This document shows positions 1 to 10,849 of a DNA stretch of 64,000 nucleotides, piece by piece. The notes under the pieces were generated by a model, which did not search any database, was not told the DNA's origin, and saw only the letters and a list, made by a program, of their open reading frames with translations. Numbering within the stretch: position 1 is the first letter of the stretch; each line of letters starts with the position of its first letter. Origin of the DNA: the human T2T-CHM13v2.0 reference genome, Homo sapiens. The position numbers and the translations under genes were made by a program. The stretch lies in the NCBI RefSeq assembly GCF_009914755.1, contig NC_060935.1; one strand, 5' to 3'.

Positions 1-25
1 CAGGCATGAGCCACTGCACCTGGCC
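1..25 (-). mobile_element. 5' end of an Alu cut by the window edge
   Basis: caggcatgagccactgcacctggcc is the reverse complement of the Alu 5' start. Confidence 0.85.
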
Positions 26-453
26 CTTCTCTGTTTGCTTCTGATTCCGAACATGGTTGTGGGCACACAGTAGGTGCTTACTACTTACCTAGCCTTGATT
101 GCAGGTGCACCCTTGGCTTTGCTGGAGATGCAAGGCCTGACCTCACCTCATGCCTTTTTTAGGCAGCACATACCTGTGAGCTGAGTGATTTACAAGGCTG
201 TACTAGGTACCTGGGCATTTTATGTAATCAAAGGGATACTTTGCTGCTCTCTTTCTCTTGCTGTTGACATGGTTACAAAATCTTATTATTAGCCCAGAGG
301 ATGGGGTAATAGGACATGACATTCACATTGTCAGTGTTTTAAAGAGCTGTAGTTACCTCCTGGAGAATAATCTGTGTATTGTAGCAAGCAACAGTGCTGC
401 TGCTGCACCTGGTGCAGCTTCTGTTTTCCGGCTCCCTCTTCATCCTTCTGCAG

Positions 454-587
454 TTCTGAGAATGAGGCGTTCCCACCAGGAGGCAAGATCGGGTATCGTT
501 CTTGGCCACCCTGGCCACACTGTGGGAATACACCACCATCCCTGTCCTCATGACCTGGGGAGGAGGTATGCAGGGAACCACCTTTAG
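454..587 (+). other. Candidate spliced non-coding exon
   Basis: Pyrimidine tract ending ccttctgcag at 453, then donor TAG|GTAAGA (GT at 588). 134 nt of non-repeat sequence. No transcript evidence available. Confidence 0.3.
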
Positions 588-1319
588 GTAAGAGAAGGAG
601 CAGAAGCAGTGGGCTGACTCACAAAGAAAAAAAAAAAAGATAAATCAAGATAAAATTGTTTCTAAATTGAATGTTTTTCACTATTTTCAGTGTGGTATCT
701 GCAGTGCTCCAAGATGATTCCCTCTCGAGGGCTTCAGAAAAGCTGTAAATAGAATGAATTGCTTTTAGGGACTTAACTCTGGTAGTTCACTTCTCAAGAA
801 AATATATGCTAATGCATGTAGACTATCATTATTGGGGAGACCTATGTCCCGACTCTTTTATGTCTATGAAGAGCAGGTTTCTGATTGCTAGCATTTTGCC
901 AAAGTCTTTGTCATGCGTGGGCTGAATATCTAGCAGAAAGAGGCGGATTCAGCCGCAGCTACATGCTGTGTCTCTCCTAGGCCAAGTTTGGAGGGGGGTC
1001 TTGGTTTGCCTAAGAGAAGTTTCTTATGAAACCAGAAAGAAGGAAAGCACAGATTTTTCTAACAGCCCCAATAAAAGCCAACGCGGTCCAGATTCATCTG
1101 CAATTCTGGGACCTCAGAGAGGTATAGAGACAGGGAGACCCCCGCTCCAAGGGATGGGGGAACTTCCTTGGTCCAGCAGGATGCGGTGCTACACCCAGCC
1201 AGAGGGTGGCAGCACCTCCCACACGCCCCATGGCTGGCTTTGTTTTCTGACCATTCCAGGGCACTGCTGTGGGACCGCCTTCCCCATGCCCAGCGAGCCT
1301 CTTCTGCATCTCTTTCTGC

Positions 1320-1560
1320 TGTGGCAAAGTGGGTTAAACAGCGCGCGGATTTGCGAGGAACATAGCCAACAAATGAGATATCAAACGCAGCTTCCCATGT
1401 AAGAGATCAGACTCCGGCGGGCACGCACGCCGGCGCTCTGCTGGAGCTCCTTGGCTCTGCAGCCAGCTTCATTTAGGATTCATAAATACTTTTGCGCACT
1501 CCCGCACATACAGCCGCCAAAGGAATTTCATTCTGTATCATCTGCATTCAAATGCAACAA
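1320..1560. promoter_or_regulatory. CpG-enriched unique element (candidate enhancer or weak promoter)
   Basis: About 14 CpGs in ~180 bp (cagcgcgcgg, ccggcgggcacgcacgccggcgc, tgcgcactcccgca) in a CpG-depleted background, with no recognisable repeat. Confidence 0.5.
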
Positions 1561-2099
1561 AGTGAAAAAAAAAATGTGGACATTAAAAAGAAGGAGAAGA
1601 AGAAGGAAGAGGCTCTGAAGAAAATCTGAGGCTCGGAGTGGTGGGTGTTGGGTAGCTGATGACTTGAGGAAGGCTTCCTCTACCTCTGTGTTCCTACAGA
1701 GAAGCCTGTCCCTGACTTCAGTTCACCTGTCGCATGGTGGGTGAATGCAGCCTAGACCTGCCGGCGTGGGGTATGCTTTTCAATGACACTTTTAAAATAA
1801 TGAATTGGATGCTTGTCAAGGTAGGCATCAACCTTAGATAGGTATCGGTCCTAAAGTTCCTCCTTCCAGCTGCTGGGGAGCTGGGACCTTTTGATCTCCA
1901 ACTTAGGCCTCAGTTAGCAAACTCAAATGCTTTTGGGAACCAACCCGGGGAACCCAAAAGTATGAAGCCAGTCAGGTAACCGGAGCGTTCCCGCTCAGGC
2001 CGAAGAAGGGAGCAGCTACTCCATCCCAGCTGGTTATTGTCAAGTGAGAATTGTTATCAAGTCCCCCCATTTATCAAAAGAAACCAGAAACACATGTTT

Positions 2100-2396
2100 C
2101 GTTTGTTTGTTTGTTTTGAGATGGAGTCTCGCTCTGTCGCCCAGGCTGGAGTGCAGTGGCGCCATCTTGGCTCACTGCAACCTCCGCCTCACGGGTTCAA
2201 GCAACTCTCTGGCTCAGCCTCTCAAGTAGCTGGGATTACAGGCACCTACCACCACGCCCAGATAATTTTTGTATTTTTAGTAGAGACAGAGTTTCACCAT
2301 CTTGGCCAGGCTAGTCTTGAACTCCCGACCTCGTGATCTACCCGCCTTGGCCTCCCAAAGTGCTGGGATTACAAGCGTGAGCCACCGCGCCCGGCC
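2100..2396 (-). mobile_element. Alu (AluSg-like), full length
   Basis: Complete dimer with diagnostic gatcacgaggtc and ggccaagatgg on the - strand. Perfect 15-bp TSD cagaaacacatgttt at 2085-2099 and 2397-2411. Confidence 0.95.
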
Positions 2397-3114
2397 CAGA
2401 AACACATGTTTTTAAAATGTATGAAATCTGGTTTTAAGTAATAAGCACCAATTTTTAAACTATTAAATACTCTGTTGGTCTAACAAAACAATTCCAATAG
2501 ATTACACCTTGTAGGAATTCTACCCTAAACACCCTAGTCTATCAAAGACTTACCTTCTGTCATTGTTTGAAACACTTATCTATGTCTCATAATTTGCCAG
2601 GTTTTATTTTTCTGACTTGTTCTCTAGCTTTTCGTTGTTTGCTCAGCAAGACTATATGCATTTCAAGGGCAGGGCATGTCTTATTTTTGTTTTTTCCCAG
2701 TAGTTCTCAGCTGATGGTAAAAGCTTAGCAATTTTTAGTTAGTTATAACCTAACCTACCCCATTCCACAAAATATTTGACAATTTCTACATAAATGCATG
2801 CTATAGAAAATAAAATAATTAGATGCATCAGAATAAATAAGTGGACTTGGCCTTCTAACCGAGTGCTTTTATAGACATGGTGCTTGAGTGAGTTTCCTCA
2901 GGATAATATCCAAATGTCTTCCTTAGATTATAGGCAGACCCAGAAGCTTGGGAGGGTCCCTGGAACATGGGAAAAGTACACATAGTGTGAATAAAGACAA
3001 GGCAAGTGCAATGGCCTTGGAGAATGAGTTCTGTGAATAGTAAGGCAGAGAGATCAGGATGTGAGATCCACGACCCACCTGGAACTAGGAACCAAAATAA
3101 TGAATGGCTGCCTC

Positions 3115-3700
3115 TCTGTGGAGCCTCTTTTGGTTGTAAGTGACAGACATAAAATTGAAACTGGCTTAGGCAAAAAGAGGAAAGTATTTGAAGGATGCTG
3201 AAATAATATCCTTCCAAGCCATAGGACAAGAAAGGATTCATTTGGACCCACAGGAAAATCTGAACCAGACATATCGTGATAACTCTGTGTTTCATCTCTG
3301 TTTGTTCTTCATTTTCTCTCTGTGCAGCTTCATTTTCTCCCTCAGCAGCAGGCTTCCTCCATGCATTAGGGAACAGAATGACCAACAACCTGCATGCCTC
3401 CCACCTCGCAGCTTCCACCCCTAGAGAGAACTGCTTCACACTCTTCTCATAGCAAGGTGGAAACCCTTGGGGAAGGGCTCTGAATGTCTCACTGGAGTTT
3501 AGATGCCCACCTCAGAGCCATCCCATTCAATGATGACAGCTATGATAGGGGTGGCCATGACTGACCTGGCTTTGGAAAGATACCCACACATGGAGTAACA
3601 ACATGGCAGCCTTTATTTAAACCACATGATTCCTTTTAGGAGGGAAACATTTCCAAGAAGAAAAGGACACTTCCTAGAAGAAGGGAAGATCAATTGTCCC
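3115..3700 (-). mobile_element. Old MaLR LTR (MLT1K/J-like)
   Basis: ctcttttggttgtaagtgacaga...aaactggcttaggcaaaaagagg matches the recalled MLT1J/K terminus. Far boundary approximate. Confidence 0.65.
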
Positions 3701-3769
3701 TGAAGTTCATATGGCACTTGGCTACAAATGGCTTCTATTTGTATCATCTCATTTTATTTATTTTATTTG

Positions 3770-3955
3770 TCCCTCACAAAACTGTGAGTAATGTAGGGTA
3801 TCTATAATTGTTCCCATTTGACTGGTGGAATAAATAATGTTAAGAGAGACTAAGCAACCAAGGTCACACACATAGCTTTGAAAAATGGCCAATCCAGTAC
3901 TCAACTCATATCTTTTTTTTCTTTTACTTCAATTCCAACACTCATTCCACTATAC
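3770..3955 (-). mobile_element. MIR SINE
   Basis: Degenerate MIR core (ctcacaaaactgtgag...cccatttgac...ccaaggtcacac). Confidence 0.65.
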
Positions 3956-5309
3956 AGGAGGTGAGTGGGAAGGTTGTGACTTTCCAGAAAAAGAATTTTT
4001 TATTGCAAGATCATGCTTTCCTGAATAATATAAAGCCTGGCTGGTAGATCTCTAACTAGGCTGCTCCTCCTCTGCTCTTCAAGGTTTGCTGGAATTTCCT
4101 GAGATGCAAGCAGCTGACCTCAATGGCTCTCCCTGCTCAGTTTAAGGATTTTGTTGTCTGCCCAAGATCCATATCCAAAGATTCCACATCCATCCCTACT
4201 CCACTCCTGAGTGTGTAATTTGGGGTATTTAGAGGTACTTCTGCCTTATGAAATGACTGGAGCCCTCTGGGCCACAAGCATGACTACCCATTGGAAAAGA
4301 ACTGAGACAGGGGAGAAAACACTGCTGGGAATGCAGTACCAACTGAGATGAAGATGATCCTTTCCATTTTTTCAGCTGAGAGCAGCACCGCTTGCCACTG
4401 GTGGATGGCACAGCCCTATATTGAGTACTATGGCCATGGTGGCAAGGTACTTGGCATCTTCCATGCAAAGATGAAAGAAAGAGGCCTTCTCGCCTGTATC
4501 ACCAGAAGACTCCTGTAGACTCACTGTCTCATGGTCTCTCTTGCTTTTGAGGCAAATCATGAACATGCATCTTTTCTCATCCTGCCGATCGATGCCCAGA
4601 GAAGTCCTGGATCTAATTGATTTGAGTTGGATCAGCCAGGCCCTGTGTCCAAGCTGCCTCGCCTCAGTGTAGTAAGTGCAGCATATTAAAAAGAAAGAAT
4701 TACTCCTGACGCCAGGATTATATCATTGCCAAATGCATCGATAATATATGAAAGATGTGGAATAATATAACACTACTTATCAATTGAGGGAAGCCATCCT
4801 GAGGAGGAGGCAAGTAAGGTTTCGATTTCACTTTCTGGATGAACCCTGCCCCTCCATCCCACAACAATTTGCTGTTCCCTAGGTTTGGCCTCATGCATAA
4901 TTCAGTGATCCGCATGGCAGGAAAACATTTAGAAAACTTCTTTTGCCTTCTCCAGGAGGCTGGGGCAAAGGTGGCTTACAGCTATTCATCCATGCAAGGA
5001 AAGCTATCTCTGCTGCAGCCCACTGGAAGAGACGGGGCCATGGCCTTTCTCATTCCCATTTGGGGACTTGCCTAAGGGTGACATAATGAATTGCTCTGAC
5101 CCAGTCAGAGAAGAAAAATACAGGTTGGATGAGATAAATTGATGCCACCCCAGTCTTTCCAGCAGTGCTGGTGGGGACAAACTCCTGCCTTGAGGTTTTG
5201 CTTTCTCAGAAGAAAACAGTAGTGTTTTTATGCTGTTGACGAAGGTGAAGGAATAGAGTTCTCTGGGGTGTTACAGGGAAACTTACATGAGTTGGCTGGT
5301 CTCTAATGT

Positions 5310-5820
5310 TACATTTATTCATCTTAAAAATTTAATGATCCTCTGCTATGTTCCAGGCACTGTGCTAGGTCCTGGGAATATGTTGAAAATCAATCTCAAA
5401 ACACTCAGAATGTAGTAGGAGACACACACAAGTATATAAACTATTGTATTTTGCATCTTTGATGCCTGAGATGTTAGAATCATTTATTGTTTTTATTTAT
5501 TCTTCAGGTAGATATTTTTGAAACACCAACTATGTGCCTGAGCCTGTACTAGATACTGAGAATACAGCAGTGAATGAGACAAGATAAGGTTTCTAGGGAG
5601 GAAGATGAACAATAAACCAGTACACAAAATACATGCACAAGATAGTTACAGATTGAAATATACCCTCTGAAGGAAAGAGTGGATGATATAATAGAAAGTG
5701 AAGGGAGTGGGGGTAACTTGGGATAAAAATATCTCTCAGAAGAGGTGATATTTGAGCTGAAATTTATGGATTAGAAGAAGCCAGTCATGCAAAGAGATAA
5801 ACGAGGAATAACGTTGACAA
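5310..5820 (-). mobile_element. L2 3'-end fragments
   Basis: tatgttccaggcactgtgctagg and actatgtgcctgagcctgtactagatactgagaatacagcagtgaa match the L2 3' end in reverse. Confidence 0.75.
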
Positions 5821-6026
5821 CAATGGTGTGGCAGTAAATGTTTTACAGCCAGCTCTCAGGGGGAAAAGAAAGCCCTGATTTGCAGTGGTTGCCAGTTACC
5901 ATGGTGTAAATACTCCCACATTGCCAGTTTAAAGTTGCCAATGTGATATCCCTTAATGCAGACTTGGGAAGAGATGTGTACAATGGATCGTCACTAACCT
6001 GTGAGAGCTGCCTCCAGCACACTGCC
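5821..6026 (-). mobile_element. MER63A-like hAT DNA transposon (MITE)
   Basis: Termini caatggtgtggcag...ccagcacactg, with internal gccctgatttg, ccatggtgtaaatactcccac and ttgggaagagatgtg. Confidence 0.8.
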
Positions 6027-6312
6027 GTTTGCCAGTTACCTGGCCATACTGAGGGGCAAGTAGGGAATGGGTCCTGGTCAATGCTAAGGGGTTAGACACA
6101 AGATGATGAGACTAGAGAAGGTTCTCTGGAGCTACAGGTTGGGGATCAGAAGTGCTACATTCAGACACAACCATGATATATTATATGGATAATACGCCCC
6201 ACCAGTCAATGCAAAAGACATCATACCTTATCCTTCTTGATACTGTTTAAAAATTGGATATTCCCACACCACCCACATAGATATTTTATACTTACTTTAA
6301 TAAGTTCAATTT

Positions 6313-6315
<3 letters not shown>

Positions 6316-6360
<45 letters not shown>

Positions 6361-6361
6361 G
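6316..6361. repeat. (TG)n microsatellite
   Basis: About 16 perfect TG units followed by interrupted units. Confidence 0.98.
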
Positions 6362-7249
6362 GATGAATAAGGCATGGCATTAGGGGTACAAAAATGAGAA
6401 ATACTAAGTCCCTCCCCTCATGGCTCTGGCAGTCTGATAGAGAAAGGGGAAATAGGGAAAGAAAACTAACATTTATTAAACATCTACCACTAACATAAAT
6501 TAAAGAGACCAGTAGAGGGAAACACAGATAGATCACATATATTTGCTATGATATAAAGAAGAGATTTTTTATAGTTTAATACAACTCAAAATATTAAAAG
6601 GACAGAATTTCTGGGCCAGTTGGACTAAATGGGTGGTTTCTCTTGGCTCAGACCAGGAAAAAGAAATCTGATAAGAATTGGTCTTATTACTCTTTTGATG
6701 ATCACCTTGTTTACCCATCAAGGAGGGTTTGGGAAGGACCCAGGAACTCAGCTTATAGACTTTGGCCATTGACAGTTTCCAAAACCAAGAATATAGAACC
6801 CAGAGAGATGGATAATATGGGAGAGTTGTCAATTCATAAAATGCTTTAGCAATACCCAGAGACTCATGGGAGTGAATATTACCATCCTCTACTTGGCATG
6901 CAGATACTATAATTTACAACATGAAGTTTACATAAAAGGAATTGTTCTCTCTGATTGGCATTTGGGAGATGGGCCCTGATGATAAGTGCACTCCTTTGCA
7001 GGGCTGGCCAATAATATTTCAGTCCCTGGCCTTTTCAAACCACTTTGTCAGAGGCTCTGCAAAGATGCATTGATTTATCTTGTGACAACAATAAAGAATT
7101 TGAGATCCTGGCAGGAAAACCAGAGGAGAAATCCAGCAGGGTTTTAAATCCGGGACCAAAACTTGGGAGAGAAATGTGAATTGGTTATGCATCCAGAAGA
7201 GATAGTTGAATCCATGGAAGGGTGATTATTCCCTCACTTGGAAGTAAAG

Positions 7250-7950
7250 GAGGAACAGCAGAAAAGGGAAGACAACTTATAGGAATCTGGATGTTGCGGG
7301 AGAAAGAGGATGCAGAGAGGAAACTGGAAATGAGATGTTAATTTCTTAGAAACAAATGAAAAGGAAACCATGGAAGTAAAGAGTTTCACAAAGGAGGGCA
7401 CAGCAAGTTCAAATGTGGCCAAGACACTATGAGATGGAGAACCGAGAAAAGGCCCTTGAAGCAGGTGGTGAAAGACATCACTGATCATCTCTGTGACAGC
7501 AGTTTCACTAACACTAACAACTGTACAGTGTTTTTCAGTTCATGGGGAGAAAACGTCTTCCTCATCTATTAGCTCATCTGATGCTCATAACAAATGTGAT
7601 GAAGAAAGCGAGGTTCGGATAGTAAGTGGCTGATCCAGAAACTGATCCAGGCCTTCTGATCTCAAATCATATTCTGTTTCTGCTGTGTTACATGGTTGTC
7701 TTTCAGAAAAGCACCTTGGGGTTGAAGTTGGACTGTAAGAAAGGTGTGAGGTGCAAGGATGTGGCCAAGGTCAAGGGCAACAAGACTAGAGCATCCACTT
7801 TACAAATTTGAGTGAATGGAGGCTGACTAGTAATTTTAGGGACTTTTTTGTTCTAGGATAAAAATACTTATAAATGTTTAGAACCAATAAAAAGCAAAGA
7901 TTGGTTACCAAGAGAGATGGAGGAAGATCCTAGAAGGGGGAGAAGGGAAA
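7250..7950 (-). mobile_element. L2 fragment interrupted by a MIR (~7510-7690)
   Basis: L2-like text (gagaaaaggcccttga...gacatcactgatcatc...cagcagtttca) flanks a MIR-like segment. Confidence 0.5.
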
Positions 7951-8404
7951 TGGGACCAAGAACACATGTGGAGGACTATGTCACAGCAAGACAGAGGGCC
8001 TTTGAGGGTGTAAAGGCAGAAGAAACGCTGTGCTGGAGAAAAGAGAACTTGAGGAACACCCTATTGTTGGAGGAAAACACAGTGAGGTCATCTTCTGAAG
8101 CTAAGAAGGGGAAGGAAAGCTGCTGTGGGGCATTTTCTTCATGGCCTCCTGACACCCTCCTGGGGTTCGAGAAGTCACGGAGATGACTCAACACAGCACT
8201 GCCACTTTTTGTCACTGGCTGTTTTCTTTGGGATAACTATGGTATAATGTAAACAGTACTGGGCTTGGGCACCCAACACTCAGAGTACAGTTTTGTCCCT
8301 GAGAGGTCTCGTTGGCTTTATGTCCAGGAACTCCAGCTCCTGGACACTGCATCTGAAAATTGCACTGTTATCTCAAATTCAATGGGACAGAATCCAGCAG
8401 AAAA

Positions 8405-8760
8405 TAACAGAATCTTAAGTGCCAGAAAAATTACCTGGTCTAATTCTTGGATTCCCTCTGTAATATACCCTACCAATTGCCCTGCTTGATCATTTCCTGT
8501 GACAAGGTACTCACTACTTCTTTAGGCAGCTTGCTCCATTTTTAGACATGTCTAATGGATAAAAAAAAGTCTTCCTTATATTTGTCTTAGTTCTGACCTC
8601 TGGGAAACTCAGAATACAGAAATAAATTGGCTAATTTCTGTTCCCCTGGGAGTAGCTGTCAAAGATTTGAAGAGAGCCATCACGTATCCTTACATTTTCT
8701 ATTCTTCAAGGCAAGCAAACCAAATTCTCCTTATTATTTCTGGGCTTCTCACTATCACAT
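8405..8760 (-). mobile_element. L3/CR1 LINE fragment
   Basis: actcactacttctttaggcagcttgctccatttttagaca...gtcttccttata...tagttctgacctctggg...gatttgaagagagc follows the recalled L3 consensus. Confidence 0.75.
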
Positions 8761-9099
8761 TAATTCTCCCCCATGCTCATCCCAGGATGCCAGTGACTGG
8801 TAGGCGTGCCTCTGCTGAGCCCACTTTCTGACTCTACCTTTTCACCTATTCAATTTCTGATCCCCTTGACCAGAGTTCTTTCCTCCGATTCCTCTTCTCT
8901 CATTCCCCTCTGAACACTACTGTCAGACTAACCATCCTAAACAAGGTTTGTTACAGGTCACTTCCCTTGTCAGAAAAACTTCAGTGGTTCTCCATTTACT
9001 ATAAGATAAAGTCCAAATCTGGCATTAAATGCCCTCCAAAATGAGGCATTTTGGTATTGCTCCAAGCTCTTTGTTCTGAATATTCCCCTCCAATGGGTT

Positions 9100-9900
9100 T
9101 ATTCATTCATCCTCCCATTTATTCATTGCAGAAACAATTATTGAGTGTCTACTATATGCCAGGCACTATGATAGGCTAATAGACATCCAAAGATGACAGA
9201 GAGATGGTCCTTGACAAGAAGGGGTTCACAGTATGATGGGGAAAAACACCATGTAAGTACACAAGCAATTCAGGTTATTACATGCAGCAAAACACAATCA
9301 TTAAATATCACACCAATGATGTGTAGCGGTAACAGGGAAGGAAGAGACCCACTCTTCTTGGAGTGGATGGGAGAGCATTCATAGGGAGAGTGATGTTTCA
9401 ATTGAGACTTGAAGGGTAAAAGAAATGTGCATCGTTAATAAGAAAAGACAAAAATATTATAAGTAGAAGGAACAGCTTCTGAAAGGCCATGTTCTAGAAA
9501 GTTCAAGTTGTCTAACATTTCAGTAGAGTATATCTAACATTTCAATGTGGAAAATGTGAGAGAAAGCAGTGATGAGCTGGTAAAATTTGAACAACCAGCA
9601 TTTTGGGGTGGGGTTACGGGAACCCTGATTTTTAGCATGCCAATTTCTATAGTGTAAACATACCCAACATGGCTGATTTCAAACTTCCAAGACATCATTA
9701 AACTCAAAGCTGGGAAAAAAATATGCTCAATTGGCTCTCAAAAACCAGCAGGAAGTAGAGAAGGCTATAATCAGGAAAGGCTTTTTATATGCTATGGAAT
9801 TGGGATTTTTTGTCCTATAGGATTATGGAGAGCCCTTGAAGGGCTTTAGACTAGATAATGTCATGACCAGCTTTGCCTTAACAAAAGCAAGTGCAAACTG
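9100..9900 (-). mobile_element. L2 3' end, interrupted by MER63A
   Basis: attcattcat...ttattgagtgtctactatatgccaggcact. The L2 sequence resumes after ~9755. Confidence 0.75.
9568..9752 (-). mobile_element. MER63A-like DNA transposon, second copy
   Basis: cagtgatgagctggtaaa...ccctgattttt...gtgtaaacatacccaacatggctgatttcaa...gctgggaa is collinear with the 5821-6026 copy. Confidence 0.7.
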
Positions 9901-9962
9901 CCCGTGTGTATATATGACAGGTAGGGATGGTGTTGGAGAAGTAAGTTATCAAAATTAGGACA

Positions 9963-10145
9963 CTAATTCCCAACCCTAGCCACATGCCACACATTAGAAT
10001 TACCCGGGGAATTAAAAAATAATCATGGTATTGTGACCTCAATCCTGAGATTCTGATTAAATCTGCCTGGGCTGCACCTCGGCTTCAGTAGGTCATAAAT
10101 GCTCCTCAGGTGATATTAATATACAGCATGGACTGCAGAACACTG
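9963..10145. mobile_element. MER5-family hAT-Charlie MITE
   Basis: cacattagaattacccgggga...gagattctgatt...ctcaggtgat...gaacactg, with quasi-palindromic MER5 structure. Confidence 0.7.
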
Positions 10146-10544
10146 AGTTAGGAGACTATTTCTCTGAAATATATTTTCTCGCTATTCAATTTCATATTTT
10201 GCCTTGGAACATCTCCAGCTCCACCTCTGAACATTCTTCATTTGTCTCGGTCCAATTTGGGTGGCCAGCCCTTCCCTTCAGACTCAGTTCTTCTTGATTC
10301 CCTCCCCTGATGTCTTTTTGTACCTTCTTTTGCTTCCCAGTCTGCACTTACTCAGGAGCCAAATAATGAGTGGCTTTGGATTCCTGCCTTGCTGCTTGCT
10401 ATGAGACAGCTCTGACCACTCCCACTCCAAGACCTCAGTACCAAAACCCCTAAGCCTTCTCGGAAGGAGAGAAGGGACAGAAGACTGAGGAAAGAGATGA
10501 TGGATATCTGCACAGATATGTGGCTGTGAAAATTACAAGAAATT

Positions 10545-10810
10545 AATAATAATATAATGATAATGAGTTACCAAATGATTATTGTGGGCTACTTTCTAGA
10601 TGCTTTTTATGTATTTGTTTAAATCTTCAACAACTCTGTGAAGTAGGTACTATTATTATCATTCCTTTTGCATATATGAGGACATTGAGGCACAGAGAAA
10701 ATAAGTAACTTCACCAAGGTCAACAGCTGGTAAGTGGCAAAACCAGCCTACAAACCCATGCAGTTTGGCTCAAGTGATCCTCTTTCTAACCACTAAATTC
10801 TTCTGCCTCT
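10545..10810 (-). mobile_element. MIR SINE, near full length
   Basis: caacaactctgtgaagtaggtactattatt...atgaggacattgaggcacagaga...ccaaggtcaacagctggtaagtggc. Confidence 0.85.
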
Positions 10811-10849
10811 TTCAAGAAATACTTTGGTATACTTGAGAGAAGTCTTAAT

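Noticed and set aside
2855-3439. 194-aa minus-strand ORF
   Set aside because: It runs through an old MaLR LTR, has no recognisable domain, and has a non-ATG start.
5310-9900. Repeated L2+MER63A arrangement suggesting an ancient duplication
   Set aside because: The MER63 copies sit at different positions in dissimilar L2 copies, so independent insertions explain it.
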